A stretch of 64,000 bases of DNA, taken from the NCBI GenBank assembly GCA_039188945.1, contig JBCCYW010000001.1, positions 43,003 to 107,002 of the forward strand, written 5' to 3'. Position 1 is the stretch's first letter. Every line of letters starts with the position of its first letter. Under the pieces are notes generated by a model, which was given only the letters and a program-made list of their open reading frames with translations, was not told where the DNA came from and did not search any database. Shown in pieces: positions 45,912-55,457 of this stretch. The translations under genes and the position numbers were made by a program. The DNA comes from Patescibacteria group bacterium. GTDB lineage: Bacteria > Patescibacteriota > Minisyncoccia > Phycocordibacterales > UBA918.

Positions 45912-46982
45912 ATGAAAGACTACTATAAAATTCTTGGACTAGAACGAGGCGCTAGTCGCGACGAAGTGAAAAAGGCTTTTCGAAAGTTGTCTTCGCAGTA
46001 CCATCCAGACAAGAAAACCGGCGATGAGGCTAAGTTCAAAGAAATCACAGAAGCGTACGCTGTCCTTGGTGACGAGAAGAAGAAGGCTGAGTACGATACC
46101 TACGGACACGCCTTTAACCAAGCTGGTGGGGGAGCCGGTGGCTTTGGCGGCTTCAACTGGGCTGACTTTCAACAAGGCGGTGGCTTTCAAGGCAATGGTC
46201 AATCCTTTGAATTTGATCTTAACGACATCTTTGAAGGGTTTGGTTTTGGTGGACAACGTACCCAGCGCGGCCGCGACATTTCAATCGATATTGAACTACA
46301 GTTTCAGGATGCTGTTTTTGGTATCGAGCGTAAAGTACTCCTAACTAAAAATAATACCTGTACCTACTGTAATGGTACTGGTGCCAAAGAGGGAACCGAG
46401 ATGATCACCTGTACTACCTGCGGAGGAAACGGCAAGATCCGCGAAACTCGTCAAAGTGTTATGGGTAGTTTCTCAACGGTACGAGAGTGTAATGTCTGTC
46501 ATGGTCGCGGGAAGGTGCCAAAAGAAAAATGTCCGCATTGTGCTGGAACTGGTGTTCGGCGTAGTGAAGAAGAAATCGCTATCAAAATCCCGAGCGGTAT
46601 CCAGGACGGGGAAGTGATTCGGATGACAGGCCGAGGCGAAGCAATTCCTAATGGCGAGCCAGGCGATCTCTATGTAAAAATTCATGTTAAAGCACATGAG
46701 AAAATTCGCCGCGAGGGCACGACACTTTCTGTCGAACTGCCAGTCAAACTCACTGACGCACTTCTGGGAGCAAAATACAACGTAGAGACTCTAGACGGCA
46801 ACGTAGAAATTACTGTTCCTGCTGGTGTGCGACACAACGAACTGTTACGAATCAAAGATAAGGGTGTACCAATTGATAATCGTCGGGGCGATTTCATGGT
46901 TCGCATCAAAATCGAAACTCCACAAAAGTTATCCCGAAAGGCCCGAAAAATTGTTGAAGAATTACGAGAAGAGGGAATATAA
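45912..46982 (+). CDS. dnaJ: Chaperone DnaJ (Hsp40)
   Basis: J domain with HPD. G/F region. Four CxxCxGxG zinc-finger repeats. Confidence 0.95.
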   Translation: MKDYYKILGLERGASRDEVKKAFRKLSSQYHPDKKTGDEAKFKEITEAYAVLGDEKKKAEYDTYGHAFNQAGGGAGGFGGFNWADFQQGGGFQGNGQSFEFDLNDIFEGFGFGGQRTQRGRDISIDIELQFQDAVFGIERKVLLTKNNTCTYCNGTGAKEGTEMITCTTCGGNGKIRETRQSVMGSFSTVRECNVCHGRGKVPKEKCPHCAGTGVRRSEEEIAIKIPSGIQDGEVIRMTGRGEAIPNGEPGDLYVKIHVKAHEKIRREGTTLSVELPVKLTDALLGAKYNVETLDGNVEITVPAGVRHNELLRIKDKGVPIDNRRGDFMVRIKIETPQKLSRKARKIVEELREEGI

Positions 46983-46983
46983 T

Positions 46984-47011
46984 AAAAAGTGAGGGTATAC
47001 CCTCACTTTTT
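46984..47011 (+). terminator. Intrinsic terminator after dnaJ
   Basis: AAAAAGTGAGGGTA-TACCCTCACTTTTT: 18-nt perfect palindrome with A/T flanks. Confidence 0.85.
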
Positions 47012-47016
47012 ATTAT

Positions 47017-47496
47017 ATGGACCTCGGCTTCTTTACCACAGTGCTTAGCGAATCGATGTATTTGATTCTCGTCTTTTTGTTCTTTTTTTTCTATGCCACC
47101 TTTAAAGGTCGTCAGGCACTGATCGACCTTATTTTTGGTTTGTACTTAGCTCTACTGATCTCAATTGAATTTCCGTACTACGAAGCAATCTTTGGCGGGG
47201 GAGCAGGTAGTGAGTCACTTATTCGTCTGGTGCTATTTGCCGTGTTCACCATTCTCGCCACGCTCTTGTTTCACCGCATCATGCCTGATGAGTTTGAGGA
47301 GAAGAAACTGGAAAGTTTAGGCAAGAAAATCCTTCTTGCTGCCTCTGCCACCATTTTGGTAATGATCTTTAGTTTCCATGTTCTTCCAGTAACAGAATTT
47401 ATCACCCCCGGATCACCGCTCAACACTTTGTTTGGTAACGCCGAATACTTCTTCTGGTGGCTCATTGCACCGCTCGTGCTACTGTATTTGGTGTGA
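47017..47496 (+). CDS. Hypothetical polytopic membrane protein
   Basis: 159 aa with 4 TM helices. Confidence 0.45.
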   Translation: MDLGFFTTVLSESMYLILVFLFFFFYATFKGRQALIDLIFGLYLALLISIEFPYYEAIFGGGAGSESLIRLVLFAVFTILATLLFHRIMPDEFEEKKLESLGKKILLAASATILVMIFSFHVLPVTEFITPGSPLNTLFGNAEYFFWWLIAPLVLLYLV

Positions 47497-48167
47497 TTGA
47501 GATTTTTGACATAGGCACCATAGCTGGCCTGGTTCTGTTTGCTGGATATGTTATCTATATCTGGCTCGATGTCGTATATGACATGATTGACCCCAATCCG
47601 ACCACCTGGTTCATGTTTGCCTATGGCACTTTAATACTTACCGTTTTAGAGTGGGACGGAGAGGCGACACTAAGCTTATTGATACTACCAACCCTCTGCT
47701 CGCTGGGTGGTGTAATTGTCGCCCTGCGGCTTTGGTACAAAGCTTTTAAAAAAGATCCTACGCAATGGTGGCCAGCTGATTGGTGGCCGGAGGACCCATG
47801 GGAAAGGTGGTCGTTTATTGGAGATATTGTGATCACCGTAGCGTATATCGGAGTCTGGATTTTTGCTTACTCTGCACTGGTAGATGAAGCTTCTCGCGAA
47901 TGGTGGGTCTTGGTATTTCTATTTCTTTCTAACCTCTCGACCTTCCCGCAATTTTATCCGCTTATTAGCACAACTTGGAAAGACCCAGAAACAGAGCATT
48001 GGCTACCTTGGACTGTCTGGACCATTTCCTACGCACTGCTCATTGTTGCCACCCTCGACGCAACTAACGGAGTTTGGTGGCATGCACTCATGTTCTATCC
48101 TGCGTCGAATGTTTTGATGCATGGGATCGTCGCGCTCATTGCTCTGCGAAGAAACCCACAGTACTAA
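47457..48167 (+). CDS. Hypothetical Trp-rich polytopic membrane protein
   Basis: 236 aa, multiple TM helices, W-rich loops (WWPADWWPEDPWERW). Overlaps the upstream ORF in a different frame; the true start may be internal. Confidence 0.45.
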   Translation: MAHCTARATVFGVIEIFDIGTIAGLVLFAGYVIYIWLDVVYDMIDPNPTTWFMFAYGTLILTVLEWDGEATLSLLILPTLCSLGGVIVALRLWYKAFKKDPTQWWPADWWPEDPWERWSFIGDIVITVAYIGVWIFAYSALVDEASREWWVLVFLFLSNLSTFPQFYPLISTTWKDPETEHWLPWTVWTISYALLIVATLDATNGVWWHALMFYPASNVLMHGIVALIALRRNPQY

Positions 48168-48219
48168 CTATCAACAACATCGCTAACGAAAAACATATTC
48201 TCGTATATAGTTAGGTTTC

Positions 48220-48705
48220 ATGAGACGTTTTAAAGTCACCAAAAGCACTATCGATGGAAATGGTCTTTTCTCTACTGAATCAATCAAAAAAGATAGTTTT
48301 GTAGCCTATATTCACGGTCCGATCCATGTCTTCAGAACCTTTACTCCAGAGATATCCGAGAAGATGTTGGACTGGATTGGAGTTGGTCGCTTTAGTTGGA
48401 TTGATACGACGAATTCACCATTTCGATACATCAACCATTCTTGTGAACCAAACGTAGCCCAAATCTCAAAACGTAAAGTGATAGCAATAAAAGATATTTC
48501 TGAAGGTGAGGAGCTTACCATGGACTACTCGCTTACCGAAGCTGAACCAGGGTGGGGATTTCCCTGTAACTGCAAAACGAAAACGTGCAGGAAGAATATT
48601 GGACCAATATTTGATTTGCCTATAGCCCACGTAAGAAAAATGAAGCCCTATATACCAAAACCATTTTTAAAAATATACGAAATTGAAACTGGCCACAAAA
48701 TATAA
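48220..48705 (+). CDS. SET-domain protein (putative protein-lysine methyltransferase) with a post-SET Cys motif
   Basis: FRYINHSCEPNV, GEELTMDYS, and CNCKTKTCRKN post-SET cysteines. 161 aa. Confidence 0.7.
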   Translation: MRRFKVTKSTIDGNGLFSTESIKKDSFVAYIHGPIHVFRTFTPEISEKMLDWIGVGRFSWIDTTNSPFRYINHSCEPNVAQISKRKVIAIKDISEGEELTMDYSLTEAEPGWGFPCNCKTKTCRKNIGPIFDLPIAHVRKMKPYIPKPFLKIYEIETGHKI

Positions 48706-48768
48706 CTTTATACACACAATTTACAAGCACAGATTATTTCTACTCGTTCAGTCGCTATACTTAAGTAA

Positions 48769-48951
48769 ATGAACAAAGCACATCACATATCGTTAGCCAT
48801 TAGATCTGTAACGGTTCTTTTAATTTTCTTTTCGATTGTGACAACGTACTACGTTATGGTAATTCAGCGTGATTATGTCATTGAAGTTAACGAAGACGGT
48901 GGTCCAGATACGTCAGATTATTTTGAAGAATTAGGCGTGTTAGAAGCATAG
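48769..48951 (+). CDS. Small membrane protein (60 aa), hypothetical
   Basis: One TM helix plus an acidic tail. Its stop abuts the kinase start. Confidence 0.3.
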   Translation: MNKAHHISLAIRSVTVLLIFFSIVTTYYVMVIQRDYVIEVNEDGGPDTSDYFEELGVLEA

Positions 48952-48952
48952 T

Positions 48953-50647
48953 ATGCAACCGATCATTGACAATCTTGCCAATCCTGCAGTTTGCCTTTGG
49001 GAGCCAGCTCCTTACTTAATTGTTTCAGGAAACATTTGGGGTAATTTTATTTACTACTCACACTTGTTTCCATCTATTTCCGTATTGGTTATTGCCATCT
49101 TTGTGTTTTGGCACAACCCGAGAGGAAAGGCAGCTCAAGCGCTACTCTTACTAGCTACCGCATTCACCGCCTGGAGTCTGATCGATCTTGTTCTGTGGGC
49201 ATCTGAACGATCAGATCTGATTATGTTTTTCTGGTCAATCCTCATTCATTTTGACCTACTCATCTACGTTTCGGCTTTCTATTTTGTTCACGCCTTTATG
49301 ACCAACCGATGGCCGAATTGGCAGAGTGAATTACTGATCGCGCTTCTTTTTGTCCCCTTAGTATTATTTGCTCACACCAGCCTCAATCTGACCGCTTTCG
49401 ATTTCACCAATTGCTGGCGCGAAGCTCTAGAAGGACCATTATGGCAATTTTACGTATATAATGCCGAACTATTCATAGCAGCCTGGATCTTAGTCTTTGC
49501 TATCCTCCAAATCAGAAAACAAGAAGACCAAATCAAGAAACAAGAATTTGTCTTAACCACTGTCGGTATTCTTGCATTCCTGTTTTCTTTCTCACTAGGA
49601 AATATCCTCGGGAGCTTAGGAACAGACTGGGAGCTTGGTCAGTATGGACTATTTGGAATGCCAATTTTCGTTGCTTTTCTTACGTACTTAATGGTGCGAT
49701 ATCAGGCCTTCAGAGCAAAAATTCTTGCTACTGAAGCTCTCATTGCCGGCTTGGGTATTCTCATTATTTCATTAATGTTCGTGAGGAAGATCGAAAACGT
49801 ACAAGCAATTGCTCTTGTAACTTTGCTACTTACAATTGCGCTGGGAATATTGCTAGTACGAAGTGTCAGAAAAGAAATCCAGCAGCGTGAAGAAATTGAA
49901 GGTTTAGCATTGCGCCTAGATAAGGCTAATTCAAAACTAAAAGCGCTTGATAAGTTGAAGTCAGAATTTGTCTCAATTGCCTCGCACCAACTACGTAGTC
50001 CACTTACGGCAATCCGGGGCTATGCAGCTATGCTTGTCGAGGGTTCATACGGAAAAGTACCTGAAAAAGCTGCTGAACCATTGCGACGAATCGAAGCTTC
50101 AGCTCACAATATGGCTCTCTCAGTAGAAGACTACTTGAATGTCTCTCGGATTGAGTCGGGCAACATGAAATACAGCTACACTGACTTCAATTTGAAAGAC
50201 TTGGCTGAGACTATTACTGATGACATCCGCCCGCAAGCCATGAAGAAAACCCTAGTAATGTCTTTCAAGTCTGATATGAACGGTAAGGGGGTAGTGCATG
50301 CTGACCAAGGAAAAGTGCAGCAGATTCTTCACAATCTTATTAATAACGCACTCAAGTACACACCAAAAGGTACCATTACCGTCTTCGCTCATGATGATAA
50401 GAAGAAAAAGAAGATGTACATCGAAATTATTGACACGGGTGTTGGTATGGAACCAGACACGATCGAACATCTCTTCGATAAATTTGAACGAGCGAAAGAC
50501 GCCAGTCAGGTAAATCAGGGTGGGGCCGGACTTGGGCTTTTTGTCGCTCGCAAGATGGCACAAGCGATGAAAGGTGATGTGACTGCCCATTCTAAAGGAA
50601 AAGGAGAGGGCTCTCACTTTATCCTCGAACTCCCACTGGCAATGTAG
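48953..50647 (+). CDS. Sensor histidine kinase with an N-terminal 7-TM sensor region (no adjacent response regulator)
   Basis: About 7 TM helices. HisKA H-box SIASHQLRSPLTAIRGY. HATPase_c N/G boxes (HNLINNALKYT, DTGVGM, GGAGLGL). Confidence 0.85.
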   Translation: MQPIIDNLANPAVCLWEPAPYLIVSGNIWGNFIYYSHLFPSISVLVIAIFVFWHNPRGKAAQALLLLATAFTAWSLIDLVLWASERSDLIMFFWSILIHFDLLIYVSAFYFVHAFMTNRWPNWQSELLIALLFVPLVLFAHTSLNLTAFDFTNCWREALEGPLWQFYVYNAELFIAAWILVFAILQIRKQEDQIKKQEFVLTTVGILAFLFSFSLGNILGSLGTDWELGQYGLFGMPIFVAFLTYLMVRYQAFRAKILATEALIAGLGILIISLMFVRKIENVQAIALVTLLLTIALGILLVRSVRKEIQQREEIEGLALRLDKANSKLKALDKLKSEFVSIASHQLRSPLTAIRGYAAMLVEGSYGKVPEKAAEPLRRIEASAHNMALSVEDYLNVSRIESGNMKYSYTDFNLKDLAETITDDIRPQAMKKTLVMSFKSDMNGKGVVHADQGKVQQILHNLINNALKYTPKGTITVFAHDDKKKKKMYIEIIDTGVGMEPDTIEHLFDKFERAKDASQVNQGGAGLGLFVARKMAQAMKGDVTAHSKGKGEGSHFILELPLAM

Positions 50648-50694
50648 TCATTTCGCGTTGAAAAGAAAGTGTTTTCTGATACTATTAGCTGGTT

Positions 50695-51693
50695 ATGAGT
50701 AGCGAAAAGAAACGACTGCTTTCTGGTGTCAAACCAACTGGCAAGCTCCATGTGGGGAACTATTTTGGTGCTATGAAGCAGTTTGTAGACCTGCAGGACG
50801 AGTTTGAGTCGTTTATTTTCGTTGCCGACATTCACTCCTTAAACCGCCTCCAACATCTTGGTGCAGACAACAACGCTCGCCAGGAGCAGCTCGATAATAC
50901 CTTTCATGTCATTTGTGGCTACCTAGCAATTGGCATCGACCCAGAGAAGACCGTGCTCTTTAAGCAATCAGATGTTTTGGCTCATCCGTACGTTGGTTGG
51001 ATCTTCAATGCACTCACCAGCATGCCGTACCTCATGCGCGCACACGCCTTTAAAGATGCTGAAGCCAAGAGTAAAGAAATCTCAGTCGGAACCTTTGTGT
51101 ACCCAATGCTCATGGCTTCAGACATTCTGCTTTATGACCCAGATGTGGTGCCAGTCGGAAAAGATCAAAAACAGCACATTGAGTACGCTCGTGATACCGC
51201 ACAAAAGTTCAATCGTATCTTTGGCGATACCTTTAAGCTACCAGAAGAGAAAATCATTGATTCGGTAGAGTCAGTCCCTGGCTTGGACGGCCAGAAGATG
51301 TCGAAATCGTACTTTAATACCCTGCCGCTCTTTGCTGACAAAGAAGATACCAAGAAATTAATCATGTCGGCTGCAATGGATAGCAAAGACATCAACGAAA
51401 CCAAGAATCCAGACGACTATCCAATCTATAAAATCTATAAGTTATTTGCTTCAGAGGAGGAAAATAATGCCATGCGGGCGAATTTTGAAAATGGTGGAGT
51501 AGGGTATGGCGAGATCAAACAAGAAATTGCTGAGAAGATAAACAACGAGCTCCAACCAATGCGCGATCGCTACAATGAATTCAGTAATAATCCCGACCTC
51601 GTGACAAAGATTCTCAAGGACGGTGCTGACAAGGCCAATGCAGTAGCAAATCAAAAACTAGAAATTATTAAAGATAGAGTAGGACTGCAATAG
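50695..51693 (+). CDS. trpS: Tryptophanyl-tRNA synthetase
   Basis: SGVKPTGKLHVGNY (HIGH-like) and KMSKS. 332 aa. Confidence 0.9.
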   Translation: MSSEKKRLLSGVKPTGKLHVGNYFGAMKQFVDLQDEFESFIFVADIHSLNRLQHLGADNNARQEQLDNTFHVICGYLAIGIDPEKTVLFKQSDVLAHPYVGWIFNALTSMPYLMRAHAFKDAEAKSKEISVGTFVYPMLMASDILLYDPDVVPVGKDQKQHIEYARDTAQKFNRIFGDTFKLPEEKIIDSVESVPGLDGQKMSKSYFNTLPLFADKEDTKKLIMSAAMDSKDINETKNPDDYPIYKIYKLFASEEENNAMRANFENGGVGYGEIKQEIAEKINNELQPMRDRYNEFSNNPDLVTKILKDGADKANAVANQKLEIIKDRVGLQ

Positions 51694-51695
51694 CT

Positions 51696-51929
51696 ATGAC
51701 ATACTCGTTGAAAATTTTTATTGGTGGACAACCTGGTTACTATCAATACGAAATAGGTAAAGACAAAGACCAGGCACTGGAACACTTTAGTAATGTGATC
51801 AGGGATAGATACCGCAGAGTGAACGAGCGCGGACAACTCGTACACCACATGCCTCGGACTATCGATAAAGTAGTATTGGATGGGCCAGATATTTCAACCG
51901 ATTATCCAGATCAGAATGTAACAACATAG
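51696..51929 (+). CDS. Hypothetical small protein (77 aa)
   Basis: ORF translationally coupled between trpS and the next aaRS. No recognisable motif. Confidence 0.35.
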   Translation: MTYSLKIFIGGQPGYYQYEIGKDKDQALEHFSNVIRDRYRRVNERGQLVHHMPRTIDKVVLDGPDISTDYPDQNVTT

Positions 51930-51931
51930 CC

Positions 51932-53296
51932 ATGGAACGAACACTAATACAAAACCTCAAAACAGAAACCGGTAAAGAAGTAACCATTAACGCTTGGGTG
52001 GATGTAGCACGTAACCAAGGCAAGGTGGCGTTCTTTGATTTTCGAGATCGCTCTGGGAAGGTGCAGGGAGTGGTGTTTGGTAAACCCGAAGTGCTGGAAG
52101 TAGCAAAAACCCTTCGTCCCGAGTGGGCAGTGGCGGTGGCAGGGATCGTGAAAGAACGTGACGCTAAGCAGGTAAATGAAAAGATCCAAAACGGTGATAT
52201 AGAACTCGAGATCACTGGTATTACAGTACTCAACCAAGCGATGGAATTGCCGTTTGCCATGGACGCCGACCTCAACCTCGAAACCATTCTCGACAACCGC
52301 CCGCTCACTATCAAAACCACCCGAGCCAATGCCATCTTCACGATCCAGGCTGCAATCACAAAATGCTACGGGGATTTCCTGCGATCAGAAGGTTTTATTG
52401 AATTCCAAGCTCCAAAGCTCGTTGGTGGTGACGCTGAAGGGGGTGCTGACGTCTTTAAGCTTGAATACTTTAAAGACCGAGTGGCTTATTTGGCTTCAAG
52501 TCCACAACTGTACAAGCAAATCATGGTGGGTGGTTTTGAGAGAGTGTTCTCATTTGCAACCGCCTTCCGCGCTGAGAAGAGTGCCACTAGTCGTCATCTC
52601 AGTGAATACACCTCGCTCGATATGGAGATGGGCTTTATCACTGACCATCTCGATGTGATGCGAGTTGAGACCGCTCTCATGCGCCACATTACCGAATACA
52701 TTAAGGAACATCATCAAGTTGAGCTCGACATCCTTGGCACCGAAGTGCCGCTCGTACCAGAAGGTGACTTGTTCCCACACATGAAACTACATGAAGCCCA
52801 GGAATTAATTAAAGAAAAAACTGGCCAAGATAAGGTTGGTGATCCTGATCTTGAACCAGAAGATGAGCGCTGGTTGTGCGATTACGCAAAGGAAGAACTC
52901 GGTAGTGACTTTATCTTTATTACGCACTACCCAGTCAGCAAGCGGCCCTTCTACACCTACGAAGACGAGAATGATCCTGGCTTCACAAAAAGTTTTGACC
53001 TCTTGTTCCGTGGGGTCGAAATCACCACTGGCGGACAGCGCGTTCATGATATTGAAGTTCTAAAGCAAAACGCCGAAAAGAAAGGACTTGATCCGGAGAA
53101 GTTCTCGTTCTACCTCCAAGCGTTTCAATACGGTATTCCACCACACGGTGGATGGGGGATGGGCTTAGAACGCCTTACCCAAAAATTCTGTGGCGTCCAG
53201 AACGTGAAAGAAGCCACTCTCTTCCCACGAGACATTAACCGTATTGACTCTTTGCTTTCTAGAGGAGAAACAAAAGCAGAAGAAGGCTCTGAGTAG
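51932..53296 (+). CDS. aspS: Class IIb aminoacyl-tRNA synthetase, Asp/Asn type (likely archaeal-type AspRS)
   Basis: N-terminal OB anticodon-binding domain. Motif 2 FRAEKSATSRHLSEYTSLDMEMGF. Motif 3 GGWGMGLERL...FPRD. 454 aa. Confidence 0.75.
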   Translation: MERTLIQNLKTETGKEVTINAWVDVARNQGKVAFFDFRDRSGKVQGVVFGKPEVLEVAKTLRPEWAVAVAGIVKERDAKQVNEKIQNGDIELEITGITVLNQAMELPFAMDADLNLETILDNRPLTIKTTRANAIFTIQAAITKCYGDFLRSEGFIEFQAPKLVGGDAEGGADVFKLEYFKDRVAYLASSPQLYKQIMVGGFERVFSFATAFRAEKSATSRHLSEYTSLDMEMGFITDHLDVMRVETALMRHITEYIKEHHQVELDILGTEVPLVPEGDLFPHMKLHEAQELIKEKTGQDKVGDPDLEPEDERWLCDYAKEELGSDFIFITHYPVSKRPFYTYEDENDPGFTKSFDLLFRGVEITTGGQRVHDIEVLKQNAEKKGLDPEKFSFYLQAFQYGIPPHGGWGMGLERLTQKFCGVQNVKEATLFPRDINRIDSLLSRGETKAEEGSE

Positions 53297-53303
53297 ACGG
53301 AAC

Positions 53304-53371
53304 AAGGGGTGTCATTTCTCAGCGCGCTCCAGGCCGCTAGGCCAAGTCTAACCCTTCAAAATGACACCCCT
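53304..53371. repeat. 13-bp inverted repeat AAGGGGTGTCATT / AATGACACCCCTT around a 42-nt GC-rich palindromic core
   Basis: Directly downstream of the aspS stop. The inner core contains AGCGCGCT and GGCCGCTAGGCC palindromes. Probable terminator or processing structure. Confidence 0.5.
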
Positions 53372-53392
53372 CATTCCAGACTAAATCCATAA

Positions 53393-54805
53393 TTGATGAA
53401 ATTAAGCACAACCACAAAAAGCCTCGATCAAGTAGCGAAAAAGTACTGTCGACTGATCGTCACTGAAGACGCGCCGAACGTACATCGATTGGTTGAGACC
53501 AAAGACGGCACACTGGAATATCGCCTAGGAGCAGGGAAGTGGAAACAAATGACTCCACGTAAATTCAGGTTATTTTTGCGCAGCATTGTGCAAGCTGCCA
53601 AAAGCCACCAGATTGAGTACCTAGCAATACAAATTCAATGGCCATTGTTTCCAAAACTCGAGAAAACATATGGTTTGGAATGGGTATATGCAACTGTAGC
53701 TGAAAATCTTTTACTGGCAGCGTATGAATTCACTGCTTACAAAAGCAAAAAAACTGACAAAAAACAACTTAAAGAAATCCTCATCTGTGGTGGCCTCAAC
53801 AAAGAAGCTGAGGCTGGTTTTAAGCGAGGGCAAGTTGTGGGCCATTACACAAACCTCACTCGAGACATTGCCAATACTCCGGGTGAAGACATGACCCCAA
53901 ACAAGCTGGCAGCTGCTGCCAAGAAAGCCGTGACTGGCACCAAAGCAAAAGTAACAGTGCTCGATCATAAGAAAATAAAATCCCTTAAAATGGGTCTGCT
54001 TGATGCAGTAGGGAAGGGAGCAAGTGATAAACCGCGCCTGATCCGTATCGACTACTCAGGTGGAATGAAGTCTGAGCAACCGATTGTGCTGATTGGTAAG
54101 GGTATTACTTACGACACTGGTGGAATTAATCTGAAACCAACCGGAGCTCTCCATGAGATGCACATGGATATGTCAGGTGGAGCAGCTGTAATTGGTGCCA
54201 TTGCTGCAATTGCCAAACTTGGACTCAAGAAAAATGTCATCGCTCTTATTCCTGCAGCAGAGAACTCAATCTCAGATAAAGCTATGCGTACTGGAGATAT
54301 TCTTACTTCAATGTCTGGAAAGACAGTTGAGGTTCTAAACACTGATGCAGAAGGACGTCTTGTGCTAGCAGATGCTTTGACCTACACCGAAAAACACCTG
54401 AATCCCAAAGCAATCGTTGATTGCGCTACGCTTACTGGCGCTGCTCTGGTAGCCCTAGGTCAGCGCGCGAATGCCGTGATGACGCCCAATAAAAAACTAC
54501 AATCAGATCTCGAGAGACTGGGCGAAGAAAGTGGTGATCTAACTTGGCCATTGCCTTTATGGGACGAATATAAAGAAGGACTTACCAGCAGCAGAGCTGA
54601 TCACACAAATATGTCTGGTCCAGCTGACCGCCTAGGAGGTTCCGTGGTAGCTGGAGCGTTTTTAGCACTCTTCGCTCCCAAGAACATCCCATGGGCTCAC
54701 ATCGATATAGCCCCACGCATGGTAAGCATTCCAAGCGACAAATTAGCCAAAGGAGCAGCCGGTGAACCGGTTCGCTTATTGGTGAAGTTTGTTGAAAGCC
54801 ACTAG
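53393..54805 (+). CDS. pepA: Leucyl aminopeptidase (M17 family)
   Basis: NTDAEGRLVLADALTY signature. Metal ligands. Confidence 0.9.
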   Translation: MMKLSTTTKSLDQVAKKYCRLIVTEDAPNVHRLVETKDGTLEYRLGAGKWKQMTPRKFRLFLRSIVQAAKSHQIEYLAIQIQWPLFPKLEKTYGLEWVYATVAENLLLAAYEFTAYKSKKTDKKQLKEILICGGLNKEAEAGFKRGQVVGHYTNLTRDIANTPGEDMTPNKLAAAAKKAVTGTKAKVTVLDHKKIKSLKMGLLDAVGKGASDKPRLIRIDYSGGMKSEQPIVLIGKGITYDTGGINLKPTGALHEMHMDMSGGAAVIGAIAAIAKLGLKKNVIALIPAAENSISDKAMRTGDILTSMSGKTVEVLNTDAEGRLVLADALTYTEKHLNPKAIVDCATLTGAALVALGQRANAVMTPNKKLQSDLERLGEESGDLTWPLPLWDEYKEGLTSSRADHTNMSGPADRLGGSVVAGAFLALFAPKNIPWAHIDIAPRMVSIPSDKLAKGAAGEPVRLLVKFVESH

Positions 54806-54810
54806 ACACC

Positions 54811-55440
54811 ATGACAGTTGAGCAGATCCAAAAGCAAATACTCACTTCAGACGAATTTGTATTAGAGGAAGTTGCTAAATTGCAATACCTTTATGGTTTA
54901 AAAAACGAAATCAGGTGGGACAGCTCAAGGACTGAAGAAGTGAACACTGAATCTGTAGGTGAGCACATTTACGGGATGATCGTCATCGCAAATTATTTTC
55001 TGCTTCTAGAAAACCCTCAGGGGGACTGGGATATAAAGCGCATCTACGACATGATTGCTTGGCATGATATTGATGAGATTGAGACTGGAGATACACTTGG
55101 TTGGAAAAAAACACAGAAAGTTCGTGACGAGGAAATTAATGCCATGAAGCGAGTTATCGCAAATGCTCCACATCATCTGCAAAATAGTATGGTAACCGCA
55201 ATTGAAGAGTATGAAGCACAGGTTACACCAGAATCTCGCTTTACCAGAGCAATTGATAAAATTGAATCAACGATTGAAATTTTTAATGAAAACGGGAAAT
55301 TTGTACTACTACGAAATCAAACCAAGCTGGAGCACCATCGTGCCTGCAAAGATAAGTATTTTGTTGATTTTCCTATTATCCATCACGTAAACGAAGTAAT
55401 TACACAGCAGATGATCAAGAACGGATACTTCTTTGATTAG
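54811..55440 (+). CDS. HD-domain phosphohydrolase (YfbR-like 5'-deoxynucleotidase family)
   Basis: GEHIYGMIVIANYFL...AWHDIDEIETGD (H..HD...D pattern). Confidence 0.6.
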   Translation: MTVEQIQKQILTSDEFVLEEVAKLQYLYGLKNEIRWDSSRTEEVNTESVGEHIYGMIVIANYFLLLENPQGDWDIKRIYDMIAWHDIDEIETGDTLGWKKTQKVRDEEINAMKRVIANAPHHLQNSMVTAIEEYEAQVTPESRFTRAIDKIESTIEIFNENGKFVLLRNQTKLEHHRACKDKYFVDFPIIHHVNEVITQQMIKNGYFFD

Positions 55441-55457
55441 CGTGCTACCATGGACAG

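Noticed and set aside
47017-48167. Possibility that the two overlapping membrane-protein ORFs (47017-47496, 47457-48167) are one frameshifted gene
   Set aside because: They are in different frames with a 40-nt overlap, but the second has plausible internal Met starts (for example near 47583) that remove the overlap. No evidence for a pseudogene from sequence alone.
51859-52359. 166-aa minus-strand ORF inside the Asp/Asn-tRNA ligase gene
   Set aside because: Antisense to a conserved class II aaRS.
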